A stretch of DNA of 64,000 bases from NCBI RefSeq assembly GCF_009914755.1, contig NC_060933.1. One strand, given 5' to 3'. This DNA is from the human T2T-CHM13v2.0 reference genome, Homo sapiens. The notes beneath the pieces were generated by a model. It searched no databases, had not been told where the DNA came from, and saw nothing but the letters and a program-made list of their open reading frames with translations. Numbering within the stretch: position 1 is the first letter of the stretch; each line of letters begins with the position of its first letter. A program made the position numbers and the translations under genes. This document shows, piece after piece, positions 14,201-29,000 of this stretch.

Positions 14201-17200
14201 ATTCCATTCCATTCCATTCCATTCCATTCTATTCCATTCCATTGCAATCGAGTTGAATCCATTGCATTCCATTCCATTCCATTCCATTCCATTCCATTCC
14301 GGAAGATTCCATTCCATTGCATTCCATTCCATTCCATTCCATTCCATTCCATTCCACTGCACTCGGGTTGATTCCATCCCATTGCATTCCATTCCATTCC
14401 ATTCAATTCCATTCCGTTCCATTCCATTCCATTACATTCGGATTGATTCTATTCAACTCCCTTACTCTCCATTACATTCCATTCCATTCGGGTTGTTCCA
14501 TTCCATTCCATTCCATTCCACTCCATTCCATTGCACTCGGGTTGATTCCATTCCATTCCATTCCATTCCATTCCATTCCGTTCCGGAAGATTCCATTCCA
14601 TTGCATTCCATTCCATTCCATTCCCCTACACTCGAGTTGATTCCATTCCATTCCATTCTATTCCATTGCATTCCCTTCCTTTCCGTTCCATTCCATTCCA
14701 TTCCATTCCATTCCGTTCCGTTCCATTCCATTCCATTCCATTCTATTCGGGTTAATTCCGTTCCATTCCATTCGATTGCAATCGAGTTGATTCCATTCCA
14801 TTCCATTCCATTCCATTCCATTCCATTCCATTCCATTCCATTCCATTCATTTCCATTCCATTACAGATGACTCCATTCCATTGCATTCCGTTCCATTACA
14901 TTCCCCTGCACTCGGGTTGATTCCATTGCATTCCATTCCATTCCATTCGATTCCATTCCATTCCAATTCTTTCCATTCCATTCTATTCCGTACCATGCCA
15001 TTCCATTCTATACAATTCCATTCCATTCCATTCCACTCCGTTCCGTTCCGTTCCGTTCCGTTCCGTTCCATTCCTTTCCATTCCATTCTATTCGGTTTAA
15101 TTCCATTCCATTCCATTCCATTCCATTCCATTCTATTCCATTCCATTGCAACCGAGTTGAATCCATTGCATTCCATTCCATTCTATTCCATTCCATTCCA
15201 TTCCATTCCGGAAGATTCCATTCCATTGCATTCCATTCCATTCCATTCCTTTCCATTCCATTCCATTCCATTGTACTCGGGTTGATTCCATTCCATTGCA
15301 TTCCATTCCATTCCATTCCATTACATTCCATTCCATTACATTCGGATTGATTCTTTTCAACTCCCTTACTCTCCATTACATTCCATTCCATTCGGGTTGT
15401 TCCATTCCATTTCATTCCATTCCACTCCATTCCATGGCACTCGGGTTGATTCCATTCCAATCCATTCCATTCCATTCCGGATGATTCCATTCCATTGCAT
15501 TCCGTTCCATTACATTCCCCTGCACTCGGGTTGATTCCATTCCATTCCATTCCATTCCATTCGATTCCATTCCATTCCCCTGCACTCGCGTTCATTCCAT
15601 TCCATTCCATTCCATTCCTTTCCATTCCAGTCCTTTCCATTCCATTCCACTCGGGTTGATTCCATTCTATTAGTTTCCATTTCATTCCATTCCCTTCCAT
15701 TCTACTCTGGTTGATTCCATTCCTTTCCATTCCACTCGAATACATTCCTTCCTATTCCACTCGGAACGATTCCATTCCATTCCATTCCATTCCATTCCAT
15801 TCCATTCCATTCCATTCCATTCCATTCCATTTCATTCCATTCCATTCTATTCCGTATCATTCCATTCCACTCCATTCCATTCCATTCCATTCCATTCCAT
15901 TCCACTCGTGTTGATTCCATTCCTTTCCATTCCATTCGGTTTGAAGGCATTCCAATCCATTCCATTCCATTCCATTCCATTCCATTCCATTCCATTGTAC
16001 TCGGGTTTATTCCATTCCATTGCATTCCATTCCATTCCATTGCATTCCATTCCGTTGCATTCCATTCCATTACATTCGGATTGATTCTATTCAACTCCCT
16101 TACTCTCCATTACATTCCATTCCATTCGGGTTGTTCCATTCCATTCCATTCCATTCCACTCCATTCCATTGCACTCGGGTTGATTCCATTCCATTCCATT
16201 CCATTCCATTCCATTCCGGATGATTCCATTCCATTGCATTCCGTTCCATTACATTCCCCTGCACACGCGTTGATTCGATTCCATTCCATTCCATTCAATT
16301 CCATTCCATTACAATTCGTTCCATTCCATTCTATTCCGTACCATTCCATTCCATACCATTCCATTCCATTCCATTCCATTCTATTCCATTCCGTTCCGTT
16401 CCATTCCGTTCCATTCCATTCCATTCCATTCTATTCGGATTAATTCCATTCCATTCCATTCCATTCCATTCTATTCCATTCCATTGCAATCGAGTTGAAT
16501 CCATTGCATTTCATTCCATTCCATTCCATTCCATTCCGGAAGATTCCATAACATTGCATTCCATTCCATTGCATTCCCCTGCACTCGCGTTGATTCTTTT
16601 CCATTCCATTCCATTCCATTCCGTTCCATTCCATTCCATTCCATTCCATTCCATTCCATTCCGTTGCGTTCCATTCCAGTCCATTCCATTCTATTCGGGT
16701 TAATTCCATTCCATTCCATTCGATTGCAATCGAGTTGATTCCATTCCATTCCATTCCATTCCATTCCATTCCATTCCATTCCATTCCATTCCATTCCTTT
16801 CCATTCCATTACGGATGATTCCATTCCATTGCATTCCATTCCATTCCATTCCCTTGTACTCGGGTTGATTCCATTCCATTCCATTCCAATACATGCCATT
16901 CCACTCGTGTTGATTCCATTCTTTCCATTCCATTCAAGTTGAATCCATTCCATTGCATTCCATTCCATTCGATTCCATTCGATTGCACTCGGGTTGATTC
17001 CATTCCATTGCATTCCATTCCATTCCATTCCATTACATTCGGATTGATTCTATTGAATTCCCTTACACTCCATTCCATTCCATTCCATTGGGGTAGTTTC
17101 CATTCCATTCCATTCCATTCCTCTCCATTCCATTGCACTCGGGTTGATTCCATTCCATTGCATTCCATTCTATTTCATTCCATTCCATTCCGTTCCGTTC

Positions 17201-18242
17201 CATTCCATTCCATTACATTCGGATTGATTCTATTCAACTCCCTTACTCTCCATTACATTCCATTCCATTCGAGTTGTTCCATTCCATTCCATTCCATTCC
17301 ACTTCATTCCATTGCACTCAGGTTGATTCCATTCCATTCCATTCCATTCCGGAAGATTCCATTCCATTGCATTCCATTACTTTCCATTACCCTGCACTCG
17401 CGTTGATTCCATTCCATTCCATTCCATTCCATTCGATTCCTTTCCGTTCCATTCCATTCCATTCCATTCCATTCCGTTCCGTTCCGTTCCAATCCATTCC
17501 ATTCCATTCTATTCGGGTTAATTCCATTCCATTTCATTCGATTGCAATCGAGTTGATTCCATTCCATTCCATTCCATTCCATTCCATTCCATTCCATTCC
17601 ATTCCATTACGGATGATTCCATTCCATTGCATTCCATTCCATTCCATTCCCCTGTATTCGGGTTGATTCCATTCCATTCCATTCCAATCCATGCCATTCC
17701 ACTCGTGTTGATTCCATTCTTTCCATTCCATTCAAGTTGAATCCATTCCATTGCATTCCATTCCATTCTATTCCATTCGATTGCACTCGGGTTGATTCCA
17801 TTCCATTGCATTCCATTCCATTCCATTTCATTCCATTCCATTCCTTTCCATTCCATTCCATTCCATTCAATTCCATTGCAATCGAGTTGATTCCATTCCA
17901 TTCCTTTCCATTCCATTCCATTGCCTTGCATTCCACTCGGGTTGATTCCATTCCCTTCTTTCCACTCCATTACATTCCCTTCCATTTCACTCGCAATGAT
18001 TGACTCCATTCCATTCCATTCCATTTCATTCCATTGCAATCCATTCCAATCCATTCCATTCCATTCCATTCCACTCGAGTTGATTTCATTCCATTCCATT
18101 CCATTCCTTTCCACTCGAGTTGATTCCATTCCATGCCATTCCATTGCATTCCATTCAATGCCATTCCACTCGCGTTGATTCCATTCCATTCCATTCCATT
18201 CCATTCCATTCCATTCCATTGCATTCCATTCCATTCCATTCC
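11251..18242 (+). repeat. Tandem duplication unit, copy 1 (~6.99 kb)
   Basis: Private markers shared with copy 2: gtattcgttttaatt, acccgaaaatattccc (11471/18463), cggatcattc (13441/20453), gcaaccgagttg, gcacacgcgttgattcg, attggggtag. Identical ORF translations, e.g. 13124..13606 = 20136..20618 and 17737..18003 = 25583..25849. Confidence 0.92.
12172..12332 (+). repeat. Recurring ~160-bp SatIII module (representative copy; ~31 copies of its core in the window), resembling the chr9 pHuR98-type sequence
   Basis: Seen directly: cccctgtactcgggttg...aatccatgccattccactcgtgttgattccattctttccattccattcaagttgaatcc...cgattgcactcgggttgatt. The resemblance to the chr9 SatIII probe/amplicon is from memory and unverified. 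Confidence 0.6.
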
Positions 18243-21200
18243 CCTGCACTCGGGTTGATTCCATTCCATTCCACTCCATTCCGTTCCATTCCATTCCATT
18301 CCATTGTATTCGTTTTAATTCCATTCCATTCCATTCCATTGCATTCCATTCCATTCCAGTCCTCTCCATTCCATTCCACACGGGTTGATTCCATTCTATT
18401 AGTTTCCATTCCATTCCACTCCTTTCCATTCCACTCTGGTTGATTCCATTCCTTTCCATTCCACCCGAAAATATTCCCTCCTATTCCACTCGGAACGATT
18501 CCATTCCATTCCATTCCATTCCATTCCATTCCATTCCATTCCGTTCCATTCCATTCCATTCCATTTCGTTCCATTCCATTCTATTCCGTATCTTTCCATT
18601 CCATTCCATTCCATTCCATTCCATTCCTTTCCATTCAATTCCTTTCCATTACAATTCGTTCCATTCCATTCTGTTCCGTACCATTCCATTCCATTCCATA
18701 CCATTCCATTCCATTCCATTCCATTCCATTCCGTTCCATTCCGTTCCATTCCATTCCATTCCATTCCATTCGGATTAATTCCATTCCATTCCATTCCATT
18801 CCATTCTATTCCATTGCATTGCAATCGAGTTGAATCCATTCCATTCCATTCCATTCCATTCCATTCCATTCCGGAAGATTCCATTCCATTGCATTCCATT
18901 CCATTCCATTCCCCTGCACTCGCGTTGATTCCATTCCATTCCATTACATTCCATTCCATTCCGTTCCGTTCCGTTCCATTCCATTCCGTTCCATTCCATT
19001 CCATTCCGTTCCGTTCCATTCCATTCCATTCCATTCTATTCGGGTTAATTCCATTCCATTCCATTCGATTGCAATCGAGTTGATTCCATTCCATTCCATT
19101 CCATTCCATTCCATTCCATTCCATTCCATTCCTTTCCATTCCATTACGGATGATTCCATTCCATTGCATTCCATTCCATTCCATTCCCCAGTACTCGGGT
19201 TGATTCCATTCCATTCCATTCCAATCCATGCCATTCCACTCGTGTTGATTCCATTCTTTCCATTCCATTCAAGTTGAATCCATTCCATTGCATTCCATTC
19301 CATTCGATTCCATTCGATTGCACTCGGGTTGATTCCATTCCATTGCATTCCATTCCATTCCATTCCATTCCATTCCATTCCGTTCCGTTCCATTCCATTC
19401 CATTACATTCGCATTGATTCTATTCAATTCCCTTACACTCCATTACATTCCATTCCATTCGGGTAGTTTCCATTCCATTCCATTCCATTCCTCTCCATTC
19501 CATTGCACTCGGGTTGATTCCATTCCATTGCATTCCATTCTATTCCATTCAATTCCATTCCGTTCCATTCCATTCCATTACATTCGGATTGATTCTATTC
19601 AACTCCCTTACTCTCCATTACATTCCATTCCATTCGGGTTGTTCCATTCCATTCCATTCCATTCCACTCCATTCCATTGCACTCGGGTTGATTCCATTCC
19701 ATTCCATTCCATTCCATTCCATTCCATTCCATTCCGGAAGATTCCATTCTATTGCATTCCATTCCATTCCATTCCCCTGCACTCGCGTTGATTCCATTCC
19801 ATTCCATTCTATTCAATTCCATTCCCTTCCTTTCCGTTCCATTCCATTCCATTCAATTCCATTCCATTCCGTTCCATTCCATTCCATTCCATTCCATTCT
19901 ATTCTGTTAATTCCATTCCATTCCATTCGATTGCAATCGAGTTGATTCCATTCCATTCCATTCCATTCCATTCCATTCCATTCCATTCCATTCCTTTCCA
20001 TTCCCTTACGGATGATTCCATTCCATTGCATTCCATTCCATTCTATTCCCCTGTACTCGGGTTGATTCCATTCCATTCCATTCCAATCCATGCCATTCCA
20101 CTCGTGTTGATTCCATTCTTTCCATTCCATTCAAGTTGAATCCATTCCATTGCATTCCATTCCATTCGATTCCATTCGATTGCACTCGGGTTGATTCCAT
20201 TCCATTGCATTCCATTCCATTCCATTCCATTCCATTGCATTCCATTCCATTCCATTCCATTCCATTGCATTCCATTCCGTTCCATTCCATTTCATTACAT
20301 TCAGATTTATTCTATTCAATTCCCTTACACTCCATTATATTCCAATCCATTCTGGTTGTTTCCATTCCATTCCATTCCATTTCACTCCATTCCCTTGCAC
20401 TCGGGTTGATTCCATTCCATTCCATTCCATTGCATTCCATTCCATTCCATTCCGGATCATTCCATTCCATTGCATTCCATTCCACTCCATTCCCCTGCAC
20501 TCGGGTTGATTCCATTCCATTCCATTCCATTACATTCCGTTCCATTCCATTCCATTCCATTCGGATTGATTCTATTCAATTCCCCTACACTCCATTACAT
20601 TCCATTCCATTCGGGTAGTTTCCATTCCATTCCATTCCATTCCTCTCCATTCCATTGCACTCGGGTTGATTCCATTCCATTCCATTCCATTCCATTCTAT
20701 TCCATTACATTACCTTCCATTCCATTCCGTTCCATTGTACTCGGGTTGATTCCATTCCATTGCATTCCATTCCATTCCATTCCATTCCATTCCATTCCAT
20801 TCCATTCCATTCCGTTCCATTCCATTACATTCGGATTGATTCTATTCAACTCCCTTACTCTCCATTACATTCCATTCCATTCGGGTGGTTCCATTCCATT
20901 CCATTCCATTCCACTCCATTCCATTGCACTCGGGTTGATTCCATTCCATTCCATTCCATTCCATTCCATTCCATTCCATTCCGGATGATTCCATGCCATT
21001 GCATTCCGTTCCATTACATTCCCCTGCACTCGGGTTGATTCCATTCCATTCCATTCCATTCCATTCGATTCCATTCCATTCCAATTCTTTCCATTCCATT
21101 CTATTCTGTACCATGCCATTCCATTCCATACAATTCCATTCCTTTCCATTCCACTCCGTTCCGTTCCGTTCCGTTCCGTTCCATTCCATTCCATTCCATT

Positions 21201-24200
21201 CTATTCAGTTTAATTCCATTCCATTCCATTCCATTCCATTCTATTCCATTCCATTGCAATCGAGTTGAATCCATTGCATTCCATTCCATTCCATTCCATT
21301 CCATTCCATTCCGGAAGATTCCATTCCATTGCATTCCATTCCATTCCATTCCATTCCATTCCATTCCATTCCATTCCATTGTACTCGGGTTGTTTCCATT
21401 CCACTGCTTTCCATTCCATTCCATTCCATTCTATTCCATTCCATTCCGTTCCATTCCATTCCATTACATTCGGATTGATTCTTTTCAACTCCTTTACTCT
21501 CCATTACTTTCCATTCCATTCGGGTTGTTCCATTCCATTCCATTCCATTCCACTCCATTCCATTGCACTCGGGTTGATTCCATTCCATTCCATTCCATTC
21601 CATTCCGGATGATTCCATTCCATTGCATTCCGTTCCATTACATTCCCCTGCACTCGGGTTGATTCCATTCCATTCCATTCCATTCCATTCGATTCCATTC
21701 CATTCCCCTGCACTCGCGTTGATTCCATTCCATTCCATTCCATTCCATTCCATTCCATTCCATTCCATTCCTTTCCATTCCAGTCCTTTCCATTCCATTC
21801 CACTCGGGTTGATTCCATTCTATCAGTTTCCATTCCATTCCATTCCCTTCCATTCTACTCTGGTTGATTCCATTCCTTTCCATTCCACTCGAATACATTC
21901 CCTCCTATTCCACTCGGAACGATTCCATTCCATTCCATTCCATTCCATTCCATTCCATTCCATTCCATTCCATTCCTTTCCATTCCATTACGGATGATTC
22001 CATTCCATTGCATTCCATTCCATTCCATTCCCCTGTACTCGGGTTGATTCCATTCCATTGCATTCCATTCCATTCCATTCCATTCCATTCCATTCCATTC
22101 CATTCCATTCCGTTCCGTTCCATTCCATTCCCTTACATTCGGATTGATTCTATTCAATTCCCTTACACTCCATTCCATTCCATTCCATTCGGGTAGTTTC
22201 CATTCCATTCCATTCCATTCCTCTCCATTCCATTGCACTCGGGTTGATTCCATTCCATTGCATTCCATTCCATTCCATTCAATTCCATTCCGTTCCATTC
22301 CATTCCATTACATTCGGATTGATTCTATTCAACCCCCTTACTCTCCATTACATTCCATTCCATTCGGGTTGTTCCATTCCATTCCATTCCATTCCACTCC
22401 ATTCCATTGCACTCGGGTTGATTCCATTCCTTTCCATTCCATTCCATTCCATTCCGTTCCGGAAGATTCCATTCCATTGCATTCCATTCCATTCCATTCC
22501 CCTACACTCGAGTTGATTCCATTCCATTCCATTCTATTCCATTGCATTCCCTTCCTTTCCGTTCCATTCCATTCCATTCCATTCCATTCCGTTCCGTTCC
22601 ATTCCATTCCATTCCATTCTATTCGGGTTAATTCCGTTCCATTCCATTCGATTGCAATCGAGTTGATTCCATTCCATTCCATTCCATTCCATTCCATTCC
22701 ATTCCATTCCATTCATTTCCATTCCATTACGGATGACTCCATTCCATTGCATTCCGTTCCATTACATTCCCCTGCACTCGGGTTGATTCCATTGCATTCC
22801 ATTCCATTCCATTCGATTCCATTCCATTCCAATTCTTTCCATTCCATTCTATTCCGTACCATGCCATTCCATTCTATACAATTCCATTCCATTCCATTCC
22901 ACACCGTTCCGTTCCGTTCCGTTCCGTTCCGTTCCATTCCTTTCCATTCCATTCTATTCGGTTTAATTCCATTCCATTCCATTCCATTCCATTCCATTCT
23001 ATTCCATTCCATTGCAACCGAGTTGAATCCATTGCATTCCATTCCATTCTATTCCATTCCATTCCATTACATTCCGGAAGATTCCATTCCATTGCATTCC
23101 ATTCCATTCCATTCCTTTCCATTCCATTCCATTCCATTGTACTCGGGTTGATTCCATTCCATTGCATTCCATTCCATTCCATTCCATTACATTCCATTCC
23201 ATTACATTCGGATTGATTCTTTTCAACTCCCTTACTCTCCATTACATTCCATTCCATTCGGGTTGTTCCATTCCATTTCATTCCATTCCACTCCATTCCA
23301 TGGCACTCGGGTTGATTCCATTCCAATCCATTCCATTCCATTCCGGATGATTCCATTCCATTGCATTCCGTTCCATTACATTCCCCTGCACTCGGGTTGA
23401 TTCCATTCCATTCCATTCCATTCCATTCGATTCCATTCCATTCCCCTGCACTCGCGTTCATTCCATTCCATTCCATTCCATTCCTTTCCATTCCAGTCCT
23501 TTCCATTCCATTCCACTCGGGTTGATTCCATTCTATTAGTTTCCATTCCATTCCATTCCCTTCCATTCTACTCTGGTTGATTCCATTCCTTTCCATTCCA
23601 CTCGAATACATTCCTTCCTATTCCACTCGGAACGATTCCATTCCATTCCATTCCATTCCATTCCATTCCATTCCATTCCATTCCATTTCGTTCCATTCCA
23701 TTCTATTCCGTATCATTCCATTCCACTCCATTCCATTCCATTCCATTCCATTCCATTCCACTCGTGTTGATTCCATTCCTTTCCATTCCATTCGGTTTGA
23801 AGGCATTCCAATCCATTCCATTCCATTCCATTCCATTCCATTCCATTCCATTGTACTCGGGTTTATTCCATTCCATTGCATTCCATTCCATTCCATTGCA
23901 TTCCATTCCGTTGCATTCCATTCCATTACATTCGGATTGATTCTATTCAACTCCCTTACTCTCCATTACATTCCATTCCATTCGGGTTGTTCCATTCCAT
24001 TCCATTCCATTCCACTCCATTCCATTGCACTCGGGTTGATTCCATTCCATTCCATTCCATTCCATTCCATTCCGGATGATTCCATTCCATTGCATTCCGT
24101 TCCATTACATTCCCCTGCACACGCGTTGATTCGATTCCATTCCATTCCATTCAATTCCATTCCATTACAATTCGTTCCATTCCATTCTATTCCGTACCAT

Positions 24201-26088
24201 TCCATTCCATACCATTCCATTCCATTCCATTCCATTCCATTCCATTCCATTCCGTTCCGTTCCATTCCGTTCCATTCCATTCCATTCCATTCTATTCGGA
24301 TTAATTCCATTCCATTCCATTCCATTCCATTCTATTCCATTCCATTGCAATCGAGTTGAATCCATTGCATTTCATTCCATTCCATTCCATTCCATTCCGG
24401 AAGATTCCATAACATTGCATTCCATTCCATTGCATTCCCCTGCACTCGCGTTGATTCTTTTCCATTCCATTCCATTCCATTCCGTTCCATTCCATTCCAT
24501 TCCATTCCATTCCATTCCGTTGCGTTCCATTCCAGTCCATTCCATTCTATTCGGGTTAATTCCATTCCATTCCATTCGATTGCAATCGAGTTGATTCCAT
24601 TCCATTCCATTCCATTCCATTCCATTCCATTCCATTCCATTCCTTTCCATTCCATTACGGATGATTCCATTCCATTGCATTCCATTCCATTCCATTCCCT
24701 TGTACTCGGGTTGATTCCATTCCATTCCATTCCAATACATGCCATTCCACTCGTGTTGATTCCATTCTTTCCATTCCATTCAAGTTGAATCCATTCCATT
24801 GCATTCCATTCCATTCGATTCCATTCGATTGCACTCGGGTTGATTCCATTCCATTGCATTCCATTCCATTCCATTCCATTACATTCGGATTGATTCTATT
24901 GAATTCCCTTACACTCCATTCCATTCCATTCCATTGGGGTAGTTTCCATTCCATTCCATTCCATTCCTCTCCATTCCATTGCACTCGGGTTGATTCCATT
25001 CCATTGCATTCCATTCTATTTCATTCCATTCCATTCCGTTCCATTCCATTCCATTACATTCGGATTGATTCTATTCAACTCCCTTACTCTCCATTACATT
25101 CCATTCCATTCGAGTTGTTCCATTCCATTCCATTCCATTCCACTTCATTCCATTGCACTCAGGTTGATTCCATTCCATTCCATTCCATTCCGGAAGATTC
25201 CATTCCATTGCATTCCATTACTTTCCATTACCCTGCACTCGCGTTGATTCCATTCCATTCCATTCCATTCCATTCGATTCCTTTCCGTTCCATTCCATTC
25301 CATTACATTCCATTCCGTTCCGTTCCGTTCCAATCCATTCCATTCCATTCTATTCGGGTTAATTCCATTCCATTTCATTCGATTGCAATCGAGTTGATTC
25401 CATTCCATTCCATTCCATTCCATTCCATTCCATTCCATTCCATTCCATTCCATTACGGATGATTCCATTCCATTGCATTCCATTCCATTCCATTCCCCTG
25501 TATTCGGGTTGATTCCATTCCATTCCATTCCAATCCATGCCATTCCACTCGTGTTGATTCCATTCTTTCCATTCCATTCAAGTTGAATCCATTCCATTGC
25601 ATTCCATTCCATTCTATTCCATTCGATTGCACTCGGGTTGATTCCATTCCATTGCATTCCATTCCATTCCATTTCATTCCATTCCATTCCTTTCCATTCC
25701 ATTCCATTCCATTCAATTCCATTGCAATCGAGTTGATTCCATTCCATTCCTTTCCATTCCATTCCATTGCCTTGCATTCCACTCGGGTTGATTCCATTCC
25801 CTTCTTTCCACTCCATTACATTCCCTTCCATTTCACTCGCAATGATTGATTCCATTCCATTCCATTCCATTTCATTCCATTGCAATCCATTCCAATCCAT
25901 TCCATTCCATTCCATTCCACTCGAGTTGATTTCATTCCATTCCATTCCATTCCTTTCCACTCGAGTTGATTCCATTCCATGCCATTCCATTGCATTCCAT
26001 TCAATGCCATTCCACTCGCGTTGATTCCATTCCATTCCATTCCATTCCATTCCATTCCATTCCATTGCATTCCATTCCATTCCATTCC
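18243..26088 (+). repeat. Tandem duplication unit, copy 2 (~7.85 kb; carries ~854 bp absent from copy 1)
   Basis: The offset to copy 1 is 6992-7012 up to ~21350, then 7876-7846 after ~22240. The extra segment is ~21383-22236. Confidence 0.92.
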
Positions 26089-29000
26089 CCTGCACTCGGG
26101 TTGATTCCATTCCATTCCATTCCATTTAATTCCATTCCATTCCATTCCATTCCATTCTAATCCGTTCCATTCCATTCCATTCCATTCTATTGCAATCGAC
26201 TTGATTCCATTCCGTTCCATTCCATTCCATTCCATTCCATTCCATTTTGTTCCAATCCATTCTATTCCGAACCATTCCATTCCATTCCATTCCATTCCAT
26301 TCCATTCCATTCCATTCCATTCCATGCCATTCCACTCGGGTTGATTCCATTCCTTTCCATTCCATTCGTGTTGAATCCATTCCACACCATTCCATTCTTT
26401 TCGAATCCATTCCATTGCACTCGGGTTGATTCCATTCCATTCCATTCCATTCGATTCCATTCCATTCCATTCCATTCCATTCCATTTCATTACATTCAGA
26501 TTGATTCTATTCAATTCCCTTACACTCCATTATATTCCAATCCATTCTGGTTGTTTCCATTCCATTCCATTCCATTTCACTCCATTCCATTGCACTCGGT
26601 TTGATTCCATTCCATTCCATTCCATTCCATTCCGGATGATTCCATTCCATTGCATTCCGTTCCATTCCATTCCACTGCACACAGGTTGATTCCATTCCAT
26701 TCCATTCCACTCCATTCGGTTCCGTTCCATTCCATTCTATTGCATTCCATTCTATTCGGGTTAATTCCATTCCATTCTATTCCATTCCATTCCATTCCAT
26801 TCCATTCCATTGCAATAGAGTTGATTCCATTCCATTCCATTCCATTCCATTCCATTCCGGATGATTCCATTCCATTGCATTCCATTCCATTCCATTCCAT
26901 TCCATTCCATTCCATTCCATTCCATTCCATTCCGGATGATTCCATTCCATTGCATTCCATTCCATTCCATTCCCCTGCACTCGGGTTGATTCCATTCCAT
27001 TCCACTCCATTCCGTTCCATTCCATTCCATTCCATTGTATTCGGGTTAATTCCATTCCATTCCATTCCATTCCTTTCCATTCCATTACAATCGAGTTGAT
27101 TCCATTCCATTCCATTCCATTCCATTCCAGTCCTTTCCATTCCATTCCACTCGGGTTGATTCCATTCTATTAGTTTCCATTCCATTCCATTCCCTTCCAT
27201 TCCACTCTGGTTGATTCCATTCCTTTCCATTCCACTCGAATACATTCCCTCCTATTCCACTCGGAACGATTCCGTTCCATTCCATTCCATTCAATTCCAT
27301 TCCATTCCATTCCATTCCATTTCGTTCCATTGCATTCTATTCCGTATCATTCCATTCCATTCCATTCCATTCCATTCCATTCCATTCCATTCCATTCCAT
27401 TCCACTCGTGTTGATTCCATTCCTTTCCATTCCATTCGGTTTGAAGGCATTCCATTCCATTCCATTCCATTCCATTCCATTCCATTCCATTGTACTCGGG
27501 TTGATTGCATTCCATTGCATTGCATTCCATTCCAATCCGTTGCATTCCATTCCATTACATTCGGAATGATTCTATTCAACTCCCTTACTCTCCATTACAT
27601 TCCATTCCATTCGGGTTGTTCCATTCCATTCCATTCCATTCCACTCCATTCCATTGCACTCGGGTTGATTCCATTCCACTCCATTCCATTCCATTCCATT
27701 CCATTCCGGATGATTCCATTCCATTGCATTCCGTTCCATTACATTCCCCTGCACTCGCGTTGATTCCATTCCATTCCATTCAATTCCATTCCATTACAAT
27801 TCGTTACATTCCATTCTATTCCGTACCATTCCATTCCATTCCATTCCATTCCATTCCATTCCATTCCATTCCGTTCCATTCCGTTCCATTGCATTCCATT
27901 CCATTCTATTCGGGTTAATTCTATTCCATTCCGTTCCATTCCATTCTATTCCATTCCATTGCAATCGAGTTGAATCCATTGCATTTCATTCCATTCCATT
28001 CCATTCCATTCCATTCCGTTCCTTTCCATTCCATTCCATTCCATTCTATTCGGGTTAATTCCATTCCATTCCATTCGATTGCAATCGAGTTGATTCCATT
28101 CCATTGCATTCCATTCCATTCAATTACATTCGATTGCACTCGGGTTGATTCCATTCCATTGCATTCCATTCCATTCCATTCCATTCCATTCCATTCCATT
28201 CCATTCAGTTCCATTCCTTTCCATTACATTCGGATTGATTCTATTCAATTCCCTTACACTCCATTACATTCCATTCCATTCGGGTAGTTTCCAGTCCATT
28301 CCATTCCATTCCTCTCCATTCCATTGCACTCGAGTTGATTCCATTCCATTGCATTCCATTCCATTCCATTCAATTCCATTCCGTTCCATTCCATTCCATT
28401 ACATTTGGATTGATTCTATTCAACTCCCTTACTCTCCATTACTTTCCATTCCATTCGGGTTGTTCCATTCCATTCCATTCCATTCCACTCCATTCCATTG
28501 CACTCGGGTTGATTCCATTCCATTCCATTCCATTCCATTCCATTCCATTCCGGATGATTCCATTCCATTGCATTCCGTTCCATTACATTCCCCTGCACTC
28601 GCGTTGATTCCATTCCATTCCATTCCATTCCATTCAATTCCATTCCATTACAATTCGTTCCATTCCATTCTATTCCGTACCATTCCATTCCATTCCATTC
28701 CATACCATTCCATTCCATTCCATTCCATTCCATTCCATTCCGTTCCATTCCGTTCCATTCCATTCCATTCCATTCTATTCGAATTAATTCCATTCCATTC
28801 CATTCCATTCCATTCTATTCCATTCCATTGCAATCGAGTTGAATCCATTGCATTTCATTCAATTCCATTCCATTCCATTCCATTCCGGAAGACTCCATTC
28901 CATTGCATTCCATTCCATTCCATTCCCCTGCACTCTCGTTGATTCCATTCCATTCCATTCCATTCCATTCCATTCCATTCCATTCCATTCCGTTCCGTAC

